From Capnocytophaga sp. (lineage in GTDB: Bacteria > Bacteroidota > Bacteroidia > Flavobacteriales > Flavobacteriaceae): a DNA stretch of 62,217 nt. Below, one piece after another: positions 50,701-57,700 of this stretch (position 1 is the stretch's first letter; each line of letters begins with the position of its first letter). The translations under genes and the position numbers were made by a program. The stretch is taken from contig JAUNHN010000001.1 of assembly GCA_030523915.1 (NCBI GenBank), forward strand, positions 1-62,217, written 5' to 3'. Under the pieces are notes generated by a model. The model was not told the origin of the DNA and did not search any database. It saw only the letters and a program-made list of their open reading frames with translations.

Positions 50701-50924
50701 ATGACGGTTGGTCGCCACGTAATACACGAAGCTATCCAAATATTCAGACAGATATCTTTGATAGATACGGACGAAAAGTAGCTACAATCTATTACAACGA
50801 AACTTGGGACGGAAAATACCAAGGACGTGAGTTACCAACGGGTGATTATTGGTATATCGTTCGTCTGAAAGAAGATAGAGACGATAGTCGAGAATTTATG
50901 GGACACTTTACGTTATTCAGATAA
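35757..50924 (+). CDS. sprB: Giant gliding adhesin SprB-like (5055 aa) with a T9SS type B CTD
   Basis: Signal peptide; DUF11-like unit (GDVLRYEIQFRNSGND..VITDKLP); dozens of C..G.I.V..GG..PY.Y...F..L..G.Y...V.D..GC SprB repeats; IPNYFTPNGDGNNDGW...IFDRYG...WDGKY...LPTGDYWY...GHFTLFR CTD. Confidence 0.88.
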   Translation: MKKVVFFLHLALFIVLGIEKLSAQNYENFVPHRYQETVKGDMLLVGNSILNVGNTRPANSAYTGSHSTNSGINLQYADVDGIASTFNSSSAKVTNPNTRTACLKVKKAYLYWAAAYTQERVNNQTNPRLERSKFGQVKFKTPNQAAYASLTGERIYDGNHIVSSRPNPNDAQRAYVYMADVTSYVETEAAGRNGAFDGDYTVADMMAPYGNETTGVGYAAGWTLIIIYEDQMQPSRHITLFDGFSAINNENSSLEIPITGFQTIPSGSVRAKFAFAALEGELGIPGDMLQMRRNSTSPLVSIDVPGRTSTGSNPNFFNSQITNQTGANLNRNPASTNLLGFDAGIFDVPNAGNSLIANGQTSVIIRPSNRFTWLGQDAFFPFIMAFNVEVIAPVIDLEKKVYKVSSNADVTGGSVNLGDVLRYEIQFRNSGNDNARDLVITDKLPNNLIYNDIISSVRLSWDSTPVQPTDYEYNATTHEIKFKIPNNIVQKGQTAWHKISFEVQVPPTCNDLRDACSNEIANIVNARYFGVENKSTDGFTAESVVSHKDCEGNLQGPSTFIADLGTCASQSQEVLCERTLNLVAGANFDTYVWYKDGVLISGANAQTLTVSESGTYRVEKKKAGCADMAEIIQVRLHDAALAVNPINQYASEVLRCGNDGSDYPQIYLCGTNSSRILNLNVNGALSYKWERRSESCAVPPTHPLECPVRDNYGCSWTQVHAGNSYNVSQAGDYRVEITYNGGCVALFYFKVTKILLDPVVEVRDMICGAQGRITVTHPAAGYEYALRNSAGTQIQGYQDSNTFTIANPDSYVVLMRQKLAAGATYSACVFEVRRSVIQKDPVLTVVPTPLACANSKGTLRVQVTDAYPPYTYTVRRNNATGAIVAGATATSTSDITFTGLDDGLYYVGVTTPECSLSDTKEITKIPPVQARVTIKSHLMCNGAGVIRVDAWDGTPGTSYGYSIDGGATYFYNYTGSFYEFTVSNPGTYTIKVVDANGCDVTVVSDPIRAAVPPTFATTTRLIDCGSKGAIEFTSVTNPEGYFLRYSVDGGTTSQLGTVFTGLNPGATYTPTLIYSTGSISCTVTSTVTLPPATSGSVMASAGVAELIGCGSGTNVDKARVRITNVRGGQAPYQFSFDGGATWTNTREMWLLPGTYTVIARDAVECEHRTQVVVDPRPVNPVFTHNVTYNCDGTGNISIANNQSTYTYTYTLGGVTTTTSNFNNLPPGEYTITIGYGDISSPTFNELFLEDFGVVPSNPTRDNTPNTTTPYINSRYFFEVQSRDINGIYANHLQLVSGSVRVLDGFGNPQGAGFNVAATMLNDGEYVVTNRLEPNNPAWRYPNDPSGYGPNGRMLFVNVGDILGSEGAILYQRVMNDVLPNQPIEFSIKMFNLINATGSNPGAANPDLTVELYTSEAAIAANTPIFSQYIGSPPKSTHSNDWYTYSYQLNPGNNTTLYAVLRSGSLVRNGNDVVIDDIHLYQLPRMCSFHETVKVTIEPDKAFGVGNGTSTDILCNDANNGTYQVALRNTATTGYWVSRDGAPFVQETANPFVWTGIGGGAHTVTFRYGQDTAHCEVVKTFTINNPSAIVIAPIADVHLGCNPASVNLTIVASGGIGALRYAITQPDGTTINQNTPNFTITQAGTHSLTVTDANNCPATVQFNVIQAPTPTVAVAPTSNYCVSAGTQARIDVTVTNGTAPFTYAINGSVRATTSDANYSFAGLTPGTYTMTVTDSYGCVGTLVETIQPELRVNGAAVEKEITCDPVPVGRGIIKVSLTGGYAPYQYAIIKDGTQTVVARTSVGGSEITYQTDQAGVYTIRIYDNRGCETSTALTLTAPVQPTITYTKTDINCYGESTGAIVVNVSAGAAPYQYSLNGVNRGSQNTFNNLIAGTYTITVTDAKNCETSEVVTITQPTAPLAIRAVITKLISCDPTADRAEVSYSVSGGTPNYNDNQGGANYGTETRTISLGVGTHNITVTDANGCQTQTTVEVPNRPAPPTVSSTPTIAYNCEGNGSFTLNPTPATFDYTYTFNGVTTTTNTFTNVPPGVHQIGIHYVQNNVGGSTLDCGYTMTITVTVADNQEFKSSVANVVNASCAGVSDGQITLNVQNYGSGYTYSVDGGASQNGNAATLTIPNLSAGTHTITLVYDTCTVSVSATITEPESLVVTPTITVPAKCNNNQRATVTLQVAGGTAPYSYTFGGVTRNSNVFTQVPVGTHTFTVTDRNGCSTAVPVVVEAPKVVTFTATPTACYSGNSDAEIVVTVTGGNGDYRFSINNGAWQTPASTSSLTYTFTGLPSSSTGHIIRVEDGFGCQSMTTVVIYPRLVVSTKETSVSCHNGRIEVTASGGNGTYQYAFVPSGQTTGIMYGNSSTYTVTTAGAYDVYVQSAACVYSTTVTVAQATTVSFTATVKEPNCSGYTGSIGLTNIVGDAPYTLNLYNTTAPTTPVVTVPNYINTEYEFVGLTASNTYIVAVTDRYGCVHSQTLTINDKPQLTAILDGVATGCVILGQNVPVALTVSQTLIDTYAAPNYKLEYSIDGTTWNAITATVTTFTDQVGNSFTPQLRVLDAASNIVCLQTLDRFVVPFPLSELAVATDLETGFTGTCTPGGFTVLVTATGGISTTYHFTMDDPTGASPNWQLSNVPGRPDQYRFQGLTPGRTYVFYVRDASGCIQQNEHDIYENYIPPVKVVGNVTPICFGAGTGSIDFVISRTATSTTTATHFNWVVINKATGATVASSATPATMPVPGSSTTINVSSLPLGTYYMEITEIGTGCEWASADVNVYEQTELNGTPRKVRDITCETPGLLEIENPYGGGGTYVFELTSPAFTHTMTVSSTVIQIPMSTISATATSISIDVRMIDQYGCDKYLGRVNIGVASPTPTPTAIPNSCVEPLSIRVTPTGANYQYAIRETSSTTWSQWQVSEVFTNLTAGTYEVALRDISTGCVASSTAVTLYTKIEAEVTQNALLGCGTTASATIQIKASEGSGNYEYAVSGATTVARTALPSATYTLTAAVAGTYVISLWDADASASTCPPLTFTVTVAPPVYPAFTASTVSVTCHGYTDGMILINEINTGAPTVTYTLVAGSPTAATYSSTIRGFAGLSAGAYTVRATSANGCATETTVTVEEPDQVFVDPGAVSVTQFGCASGNSPESAVVTIDPTKVRGGTPPYSFVIAYNSQTVTGTTLITNDHTGGTVTITVTDANACTPLNITTTRIERYDALTGIGINVTNPIACGTTSGETVDVLVTSVANNPLKLQYVESATTPSTTAAWQPSRTFTNLAVGLHTFWVRHIDTGCMTSVTHEVKEPNTFTIDNFTIVNPVVCIGSSAVVTFEIQNTATYTGTYNVTVPGTPITASRIGSGVVTLTIQAGTYTLSVTQASHPSCTNEYPFTVPGPTAGLTATVTVKNITCVPGNDGAIEVINVTGGWGGYEYRITPATTSVPTAWGTNPLFNNLAADTYRIEVRDSGGCVYTITQQLSNPTPIVPTLAVSAHNCVEGTGVLVATASGGEGNNYSFQLIKDGVNYGSAIGTTNTNTVTFSNLSSGQYEVVVFDTWGCVATLTTPVVLYEPITNANVRIDKEITCTSPQGANVTVLHQGGNSGNITYVVTPPSGAAITQSNNPVFTNLATAGVYTVTVTDNVTGCPPVATTFELTATINATFTYTQTNVSCNAGNDGSIGVIVDNTQTQLDYVIRVTSTVVGFTTQSRTVTAVPATHYFNGLSAGTYVVTLTSARGCVHTETVNITEPTALGVTAAVTTQFACDASNVPQEAVIQATVTGGTAPFNYSIDGTNFNNTTGTFTITDTGVAQNITVYVKDANGCEINTPITVNPLPKITSVNATQVTAVTCQGPEVVRITIAGGSGAGYVVEATSITGSVVTPATQTLPAGTQTADFNLPEPGQYEFKVTDTGTGCYTTTTYVVNPYNLMTVTVTPSKAVSCAGTADGEVTLRTVSYTGTYTWEVLDANTLAPLTPPNSGTVNSPVFAGVVTTTITGLPEGQFIIRIVQQNTPFCTVTSTIVQVATPGSPLTVTSTLANPLTCAGNDAVINAQAQGGWGEHQYRLDINGTAHPVYGTYTTTAAFAGLSAGNYTIWAKDKEGCETSTTVVLQDPTPITVSLTPSVTTLACYGDKTASVTATLTSAGGSGNYKYILLTRTASGTVIESGAQDSPTFTGLGAGEYAVRVIDGWDCDAESAYITIAEPTQVQVQAAITQPLTCLQQAQITVTGMGGSGTGYVFTVASSTGTITPSGTGVYSAGPGRYVFTAVDGNGCPSGLSNVIEIYPIEALGLNVDTTAAYVKCNGDSSATIQVEAYGGLGNYQYELLNASGLSLTPPVTNTDGIFTGLATGTYNVKVTSVDCEYTTTTPVVINEAPPLVVVTATSTNETCFGENDGTINVEVTGGTGTITYAISPRLDRVVTAEYIRAQKFEPGNYVVIAQDANGCTLEFNFNIIAASQISVTLVTSTDETCLGSNDGTATITVTGGVAPYSTAFNDNSPTANWVQGKFFYDNLPAGQNHTIFVKDANGCIAHVIIPEIKPGVDLQLSAEATPECTNNNNVINNRIVVSVNPLHASQVTYALDGGTPQSSNIFNGVTAGVHTVTVSHTGGCVQEVPVTMPHYDPLSVVSSTTEITCNNANDGVINFQVTGGSASYTYTITPAQGNFDPVTQQFTALPPGNYTVAVRDNVLGCMVTGNFNFVNPDLLTITAGSVSETCYGDNDGQIQFTISGGRPTYSYVLTNAQGQTVASAGGIGTGQQVTQTGLAPGTYVLTYVDQGGVCTQTETIQVGAAPNLQPVSLEVKYECTATTPSNYLEVVFDNTILNQANTFYALNSTNIADAQSFTEFNGYVGIIRNLPVGSDHYITIFYNSCSYTIPVSQYFDVEDYEALTLQNLSDPQQMNQIKVQASGGKAPYTYYFNGKTSSDGNEYYVSLYDPGYTDANGRVIKQVLVTVVDDLGCTQTLTIEKEFVDIYIPNYFTPNGDGNNDGWSPRNTRSYPNIQTDIFDRYGRKVATIYYNETWDGKYQGRELPTGDYWYIVRLKEDRDDSREFMGHFTLFR

Positions 50925-50946
50925 TTGAATAATATGTGAAATGATA

Positions 50947-50984
50947 AAACAAGGCTCAAAATCTACAGATTTTGAGCCTTGTTT
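50947..50984. terminator. Intrinsic terminator downstream of sprB
   Basis: Perfect 18-bp inverted repeat AAACAAGGCTCAAAATCT / AGATTTTGAGCCTTGTTT starting 23 nt after the stop. Confidence 0.88.
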
Positions 50985-51081
50985 ATATTTCTAATTAATA
51001 AGTTGTAGAAAAATGTTGAAAAACGTTTTCGTTTTTGTTGGAAAATATGTATTTTTGGTATCTATTTTGGATTATTTGAAA

Positions 51082-52161
51082 ATGAGATGGATTTGTATAC
51101 TATTTTTTCTAACTTGTTATAGTCTTTTTTCACAAGAGCAGCGTTCTATTTCTACGGCATTTCCATTTTTACTTCTCAGCACAGATGCGATAGCTTCAGG
51201 GAAGGGAGACATAGGGATAGCCTCGAAGCCCGATGTTTTTTCACAACATTGGAATTCTGCAAAATATGTTTTCAGTGAGCATCCGATGAAAATAGGAATG
51301 GGGTATACACCTTATCTGAATAGTTTAGTACGCGATATTTTTTTAGGAAACATATCGTATTATTGGAAAAATAATCGTAGTGCGTGGGCTACGAGCTTGA
51401 AGTATTTCAGTATAGGAGACGTTACTTTAACTCAGGATTTTGGGAGCGAAACCTATATTTTGGGAGATTTTCGTCCTGCCGAATTTGCTTTTGATGTATC
51501 TTACAACTTAAAACTAAGTGAATATTTTGCTATGGGAGTGCTAGCACGTTATCTGCGTTCCGATTTACGTTTACCTACCGATGAGAAATCAGTAGGAAGT
51601 GGATTTTCGTTTGATATTTCTGGATATTATAAATCAAAAGAACATCTTTTAGGTAAATATTTTGGTAAGTATGCTTTTGGTTTTCAGCTTTCTAACATAG
51701 GAAAGAAAGTAAAGTACGATGATTTGGGCAAGGAATTTTTTATTCCTACCAATTTGAAAATAGGAAGTATGTATTCTTTACAAACAGAGATGCTTAATGA
51801 GTTTTCTCTTTTGGTAGAATTTAATAAATTACTTGTGCCTACTCTTTCTCAAGGAAACGATGATGTTGATTTTTTGCAAGGCATATTTAAGTCATTTTCA
51901 GACGCTCCTAACGGATTTTCTGAAGAATTACAAGAGATATCGTGGGCGTTGGGTTTCGAATATGTCTATGATAAGTCTTTATTTTTACGTACAGGTTATT
52001 TTAACCAGCATAAAAATAAAGGCGATAGAAAATACATAACTTTAGGAGCTGGATTTGCAATGCGTAGTTGGCAATTGGATTTTTCGTATCTAATTCCTAC
52101 AACTCAAACAGAAAATCCTTTGCGAAACTCATTAAGAGTTTGTTTGCAATATTCGTTTTAG
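51082..52161 (+). CDS. porV: T9SS outer-membrane shuttle protein PorV
   Basis: AFPFLLLSTDAIASGKGDIG, SQHWNSAKYVF, YTPYL, LKYFSIG, EFNKLLVPT, KGDRKYITLGAG, terminal Phe. Likely start ATG 51082 (MRWICIL); TATTTTTG at 51050-51057 lies inside the longer ORF-track call. Confidence 0.85.
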   Translation: MRWICILFFLTCYSLFSQEQRSISTAFPFLLLSTDAIASGKGDIGIASKPDVFSQHWNSAKYVFSEHPMKIGMGYTPYLNSLVRDIFLGNISYYWKNNRSAWATSLKYFSIGDVTLTQDFGSETYILGDFRPAEFAFDVSYNLKLSEYFAMGVLARYLRSDLRLPTDEKSVGSGFSFDISGYYKSKEHLLGKYFGKYAFGFQLSNIGKKVKYDDLGKEFFIPTNLKIGSMYSLQTEMLNEFSLLVEFNKLLVPTLSQGNDDVDFLQGIFKSFSDAPNGFSEELQEISWALGFEYVYDKSLFLRTGYFNQHKNKGDRKYITLGAGFAMRSWQLDFSYLIPTTQTENPLRNSLRVCLQYSF

Positions 52162-52211
52162 TTATAAGAGTTTTTTTTGTTCTAAAAATGAAGAGAATAA
52201 TAGTTAAAAAT

Positions 52212-52242
52212 TTTGTAAAATATATGTAAACTATTACCTTTG
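52212..52242 (+). promoter_or_regulatory. Bacteroidota sigma-A promoter (-33 TTTG, 19-nt spacer, -7 TACCTTTG) for the terminal operon
   Basis: TTTG at 52212-52215 and TACCTTTG at 52235-52242, about 40 nt before ATG 52283. Confidence 0.75.
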
Positions 52243-52282
52243 CAAAGGTGTGATACGATGCTGATATACAAAATAATAAAGT

Positions 52283-54742
52283 ATGGCTTCTTTTAAATAC
52301 TACTATATTCACTTTTTCTTTTATTTGCTTTTTCTCTCGCCATTTTATGCTCAGACATTGGATTTGGAAGGGATTGATAAGCAAATTGTAGAGAAGTTCC
52401 AGCAGCCTCCATTGTCTGTCGCCGGAAGTTTTTCTGCGAGTGGAGTATATTATAATTCTCAAAACGTACAAGGTCGCCAACCTTTTACATATTTTCTGAA
52501 CGGAAATTTACATTTAAGTTTTTATCATTGGAGTATTCCACTTTCTTTTAATTATACAAATCAAGGAGCTAATTTTAGATATGAATTACCTTTTCGGTTT
52601 AATCGATTGAGTCTGCACCCCAAATACAAATGGATACAATTGCATATCGGAGATGCTACTATGAATTTTTCTCCTTACACATATAATGGCTTGCCTTTTA
52701 CGGGATTAGGCATAGTACTTACTCCTGAGCAGTTTCCGCTGAGAATTGGTGTTATGGGCGGTAGGTTACAAAAGGCGGTAGAGTACAATCCTGAGATTAG
52801 GGAATCAAAACCGTATTATGAGCGTTGGGGCTATGGTGTTGATTTACAATGGATAAAATCTGATTATGAGCTTCGAGGTATCGGATTTTATGCTAAAGAT
52901 AAAGAGTATTCATTAAACACTTCGTTTCCTTCAGAAATAAATGTCAGACCAGAAGAAGGGCTTACTTATTCTCTTTCTGCGAAAGTAAAACCTTTGTCAT
53001 TTCTTGATGTTTATGCGGAATATGCTGTAAGTAAGTTAATTACAGATGTTCGTTTGGAACCTCAATCAGTTTTAGCTTTTTCACGAAATTCCTCACAAAT
53101 GTATGACGCTTTAAATGCAGGAATGAATTTCTTATTTTCTTTCGGCACGGTAGGGCTTCGTTATGAACGGATAGACCCAGAGTATAGAACTTTGGGGGCG
53201 TATTATTTTGTGAATGATATGCAGAATATTACGCTAAATTCTTCTTTAAATTTGTTCAAAAATCGGGTGAATTTAACTACAAGCATAGGCAAACAACGAG
53301 ATAATTTGAATAGCCAAAAAATAATTCAATCCGACCAATGGGTAGGTTCGTTCAATGCAGCGATAAAAGTGGTAGAAAAATTAGATATTTCATTGAATTA
53401 CAGTAATTTTACTTCTTTTACCAATAGAAGACTGAACCAATTTGATGATATTAATCAAAACCCATTGTATTTACAAAGACCTGAAGACTCATTGAACTAT
53501 CGTCAGGTTTCTCAGAATTTATCAGCAATGATTCAATATCAAATAACAGAAAATCAGCAATTAGGGCTTAATTATACGGTTAATGATGTAGTGAATAAGG
53601 AAAATAACGTTACCCAAGCATCGGGTTCTTCAAGATTTCATAATGTGGGGATTACCTATTCAGTAAAATTTCCTAATGAAAAACTTACCATTACACCGAT
53701 ATTTAATTTTACTAAAACAGAAATTTCACAGCAGCATAGCCATCTATTAGGACCTTCATTAAATATTAATAAATTATTTTTTAAAGACAAGCTAAATGCT
53801 TCATTAGGAAGTTCTTATAATTATGGAAAGCAACTCACAGCTCACAGCCAAAATGCAGTAGTTAGAGTAGCATTAAGTTATGTGCTATTGAAACGCCACC
53901 AATTCCAATTAAGTGCTGTACAAACTTTACAACGTACTGTTTCTGCGACAAATACACAACAGCGTGATGAGTTTATGTTGAATTTTGGGTATAATTATCA
54001 TTTGGAAAAAATACCTTTAATCAATACGTTATTATGGAAAAGAAAAAAATCTGAAATTAAAGAACGAAACGAAAAATTGATTGTAGCTGAAAGTCTGCCA
54101 AGACGGCAAAAATCTAAAAAACAAGAAAATGCTTCGACTGAACAAACTCTCAGAACAAAGACAACTCCAGACCAAATTATTACTGAATTGACATCATTAA
54201 AATCTGACAATAAATATAAAGATTTGCAATATATGCCTTCTGTGCAGCAGCGATTGGATAGTATTATTCAGCATATTGCTTCGGTAGCAAATGCTGCAAA
54301 AGAACAAAGAAAACAAGTACATCTATACCAAAAAACTTTGGAAGAGGTTCATCAAAAAGAAAGAGAACTAACAAGTATCGTATTTAATGTACTTAATAAA
54401 CTTTACAGAGAAGCAGAAACAGCCGATAGCCGATTAAAACAACGTGTGATTGATTCAAAACTTAATCTTGATAAAAAGGGAGATACCCACCAAGAAAAAG
54501 CATTGGATAATTCATTGGAAATGTATACGATTCATTATCATATGAAAAAAGATTTTTATGGGCTATCACTTTCGCAAATAGCAAATCCTGAGGGAGTTAT
54601 AAAAGATTTTTTACACGATAAGAAAACGGATATGTATGCTGTTTTGGACAAAAAGAAAGCTACAAAAGAGCAAAAAATGACCGAAATACAATTATTAATA
54701 GTAGATTATTATTACAAAAAATATAAAGAACAAACACAATGA
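52283..54742 (+). CDS. Uncharacterised predicted outer-membrane beta-barrel protein with a charged helical C-terminal extension
   Basis: Signal peptide (FYA|Q); about 540 aa of alternating amphipathic strands ending in LNFGYNYHL; then about 245 aa of K/E/Q-rich sequence. Confidence 0.7.
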   Translation: MASFKYYYIHFFFYLLFLSPFYAQTLDLEGIDKQIVEKFQQPPLSVAGSFSASGVYYNSQNVQGRQPFTYFLNGNLHLSFYHWSIPLSFNYTNQGANFRYELPFRFNRLSLHPKYKWIQLHIGDATMNFSPYTYNGLPFTGLGIVLTPEQFPLRIGVMGGRLQKAVEYNPEIRESKPYYERWGYGVDLQWIKSDYELRGIGFYAKDKEYSLNTSFPSEINVRPEEGLTYSLSAKVKPLSFLDVYAEYAVSKLITDVRLEPQSVLAFSRNSSQMYDALNAGMNFLFSFGTVGLRYERIDPEYRTLGAYYFVNDMQNITLNSSLNLFKNRVNLTTSIGKQRDNLNSQKIIQSDQWVGSFNAAIKVVEKLDISLNYSNFTSFTNRRLNQFDDINQNPLYLQRPEDSLNYRQVSQNLSAMIQYQITENQQLGLNYTVNDVVNKENNVTQASGSSRFHNVGITYSVKFPNEKLTITPIFNFTKTEISQQHSHLLGPSLNINKLFFKDKLNASLGSSYNYGKQLTAHSQNAVVRVALSYVLLKRHQFQLSAVQTLQRTVSATNTQQRDEFMLNFGYNYHLEKIPLINTLLWKRKKSEIKERNEKLIVAESLPRRQKSKKQENASTEQTLRTKTTPDQIITELTSLKSDNKYKDLQYMPSVQQRLDSIIQHIASVANAAKEQRKQVHLYQKTLEEVHQKERELTSIVFNVLNKLYREAETADSRLKQRVIDSKLNLDKKGDTHQEKALDNSLEMYTIHYHMKKDFYGLSLSQIANPEGVIKDFLHDKKTDMYAVLDKKKATKEQKMTEIQLLIVDYYYKKYKEQTQ

Positions 54743-57700
54743 AAGCGTATAAACATCTGATTTACAATGTTATTTATAGCATGCTATTATTCCTTGTGAT
54801 AGCCTTTGACGTGAATGCACAAGATACAGATGCAACCTCAAGTCAAGAGCAACAACAAGCAGCCTCTGTGTTCGCCAAAGGAAAATGGACTTCTTCTTTA
54901 ACTTCTGAACAGCTTACAGAACTTCCTGTGGGGATTCGGGAAAATAAAAATAGTGTAGAATATGCTTTGTTAATGACCAAAGCTCGGTTTACGCCTCAGC
55001 ACGCACTCATTGACCTATATGCTCGTATTACAGTACCCGATGCCAATTCATCAACAGGAAAAAGAGAATTGTATTTCGGAGCCAAGGAAGTGAAAATGTC
55101 GTATCAAGGACAGCTTTTTGGTGATGTAAAATTGATACTTTTAGGTTCGGTAGGAATTCAGTTTGGCGACAATTGGAGCTTACGTTTGCAAGGAGGTCAT
55201 TTTGATAAAGAAACGGGCAATTCACAAGAAGGTAAAACGTTTGTAGTGGTGAATTGTGATGGAGTGAAAGAAATTTCATTACATGGCAAACTTCGTATTT
55301 CAGACCAAATAGTAGTTCCGTTAGATGCTAATGGCAAGGTGATTCCCAATGCGTTTGTAGAGACAGATGTTGTTGTAGGTTTAACAGATTGGAATGATTT
55401 ATTGTTAGAAGTTAATCTTCCTGATTTTGCTATTGCTGAGCAAGTTAAAAACGCTGATAGAGGCTATTTTGGTTTTTCTGTGAACAATGCTGTTTTAGAT
55501 ATGAGCGATTCTCGAAATAGTAATCTTGTTTCTTTTCCAGAAGAATATGTAAAAGAAGGATATCTTTCAATGGGGCAGGAATTATGGCGAGGATTTTATA
55601 TGCAAAATGTTCGTGTAATTCTTCCCGAGGAGTTTAAAACACGTTCCGACAAAAGGCTTATTGTATCTGCAGAGCATTTTATTTTAGATGAATATGGCGT
55701 TTCAGGCAAGTTTGCTGTGGAGAATGTATTTCCTTTGGAAGAAGGAACTACGGGAGGTGATGGAGGCTGGGCATATTCGTTAGATAAATTAGCTATTTCT
55801 TTGACAGCTTCACGTATTACAGGAGGAGCCTTACAAGGATTAATACGCTTACCTATACAGAAAGAGGCTTCTACATTGGCTTATACGGGCGAGATAAATA
55901 ATGATGATTACTTGTTCCAAATACAAAGTATGGGTGATATTCGTTTTGATATTTGGAATGCTCAGGCTACACTTGATAAGTCTTCTTATATAGAAATGAA
56001 AGTGAAGGACAAAAAATTTCTTCCGAAAATGGTACTCAATGGCAAAATGAATATTTCAGGAGGAAAAGTCTCTACCGATAGCAAAGCTAAACCAGAAGAA
56101 AACAGTAAATCACTTCAGTTTAAAGATATTACTTTCCAAGGGCTAACGCTTCAGACACAAACGCCGCTTATTTCAGTAGATTATATGGGCTTTAAGGGCG
56201 AACAGCGTCTTGCTAATTTTCCTATAAGTATCAAAGAAGTTTCTTTTGGTTTTCAAGAAAAAAGAGCCGATTTGGCTTTTGGTGTTAGGGTAGGTTTGCA
56301 AGAAGAACGCTTTTCAGCAGAAGGAAGAGTGGTTATTAAAGCAGCTATGAAAGAAGACCAAGGGCATAGATATTGGGCTTATGAAGGCTTTGATGTGAGT
56401 CAGTTACAGCTGAAAAATGTAGATGTAGGAGTTGCGGTAGTTTCAGGAAGTTTGCAAATAATGAATAATGACCCTATTTACGGCGAAGGTTTTAAGGCTG
56501 ATTTAGAAGCTAAAATAAATGCTTTGAATGCAAAAGTAGGAATGAATGCAGTTTTTGGGCATAAAGATTTCCGATATTGGGGTTTTGAAGGTAAAGTGGA
56601 GGGACTGAAAATACAGGCTTCTTTTATCCAAATTACGGGTTTTGTAGGAGGTGCATACTATCGTATGAAACCTGATTTTGCTCGTGAGGTGGCTTTGGAT
56701 TCTGTTGCTAAAAGTCGAGCATGGAATCTCACGCCAGATAAGACCGTTGGCTTGGGACTCAAAGCTGGTATTTTGGGAGGAATTCTCAATGAAAACGCGG
56801 TGTCCATAATGGCTGTGTTTAATATGGAAACCAATGCAGGAGGAGGACTATCACGTGTAGGTTTTGAGGGAAGTGCTGTGGTGATGGCATCTTTCGATAA
56901 ACTGATTCCAGGGGCAGAAAAATTAACAGAGTTACAAAAAAGCACTACTGATAAGTTATCAAAAATGGATTTTTCAGGAAAGATGAATGATAAAGTCAAA
57001 ACTTTTTTAGATACATCACCTCCGTCTCAATCTGTTACTTCCAATTTTTTAGGAGAAGAATATTCTAAAAAATCGCCTATCAACGCATTTATGAATATGC
57101 ACTATGATTTCAATGCTAAGTCATTTCATGCCAATATGGAAGTGTATGTCAATATAGCAGGAGGTCTGCTAAAAGGTGTAGGTAATAATGGTAAGGCAGG
57201 TTGGGCAGAAATTCACGTAAGTGATAAAGATAAATACATTCATATAGGAACTCCTAAAGATATGATTGGATTGAAAATCAACTTCTTAGGAATGGAGCTG
57301 ACGAACAAAAGTTACTTTATGGCGGGGACTAAGGTATTGGATAGCCCACCCCCTCCACAGCGTGTAGCTAACATATTGGGAATGAAGTTAAATGATTTAA
57401 ACTATATGAAGCATCTCAATACTTTCAGCACGGGGAGAGGTTTTGCTTTTGGGTCGCATTTTGATTTTAGTTCAGGAGATATGACAGCTGCGTTTTTGTA
57501 TGCGAATTTTAATGTAGGCTTAGGAGCTGATTTGATGCTTCGAAATTACGAAAATGTAGAATGTAATGGGCGTTCAGGCGAAATAGGCATTAACGGATGG
57601 TACGCCAATGGGCAAGTGTATGTTTTTCTTGAAGGAGAATTAGGAATAAAAATAAAATTGTTTTTCGTAAGGAAAAAAATTCCAATTATAAAAGCAGGGG

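Noticed and set aside
36024-50822. Many short minus-strand ORFs inside sprB (and similar ones inside sprC, ugd, radA and neuB)
   Set aside because: They are antisense shadows of long, codon-biased genes, with no motifs or independent expression signals.
35757-50924. Repetitive appearance suggesting a CRISPR array or DNA tandem repeats
   Set aside because: The repeats are degenerate protein-level SprB domains within one ORF; there are no identical DNA repeats with spacers.
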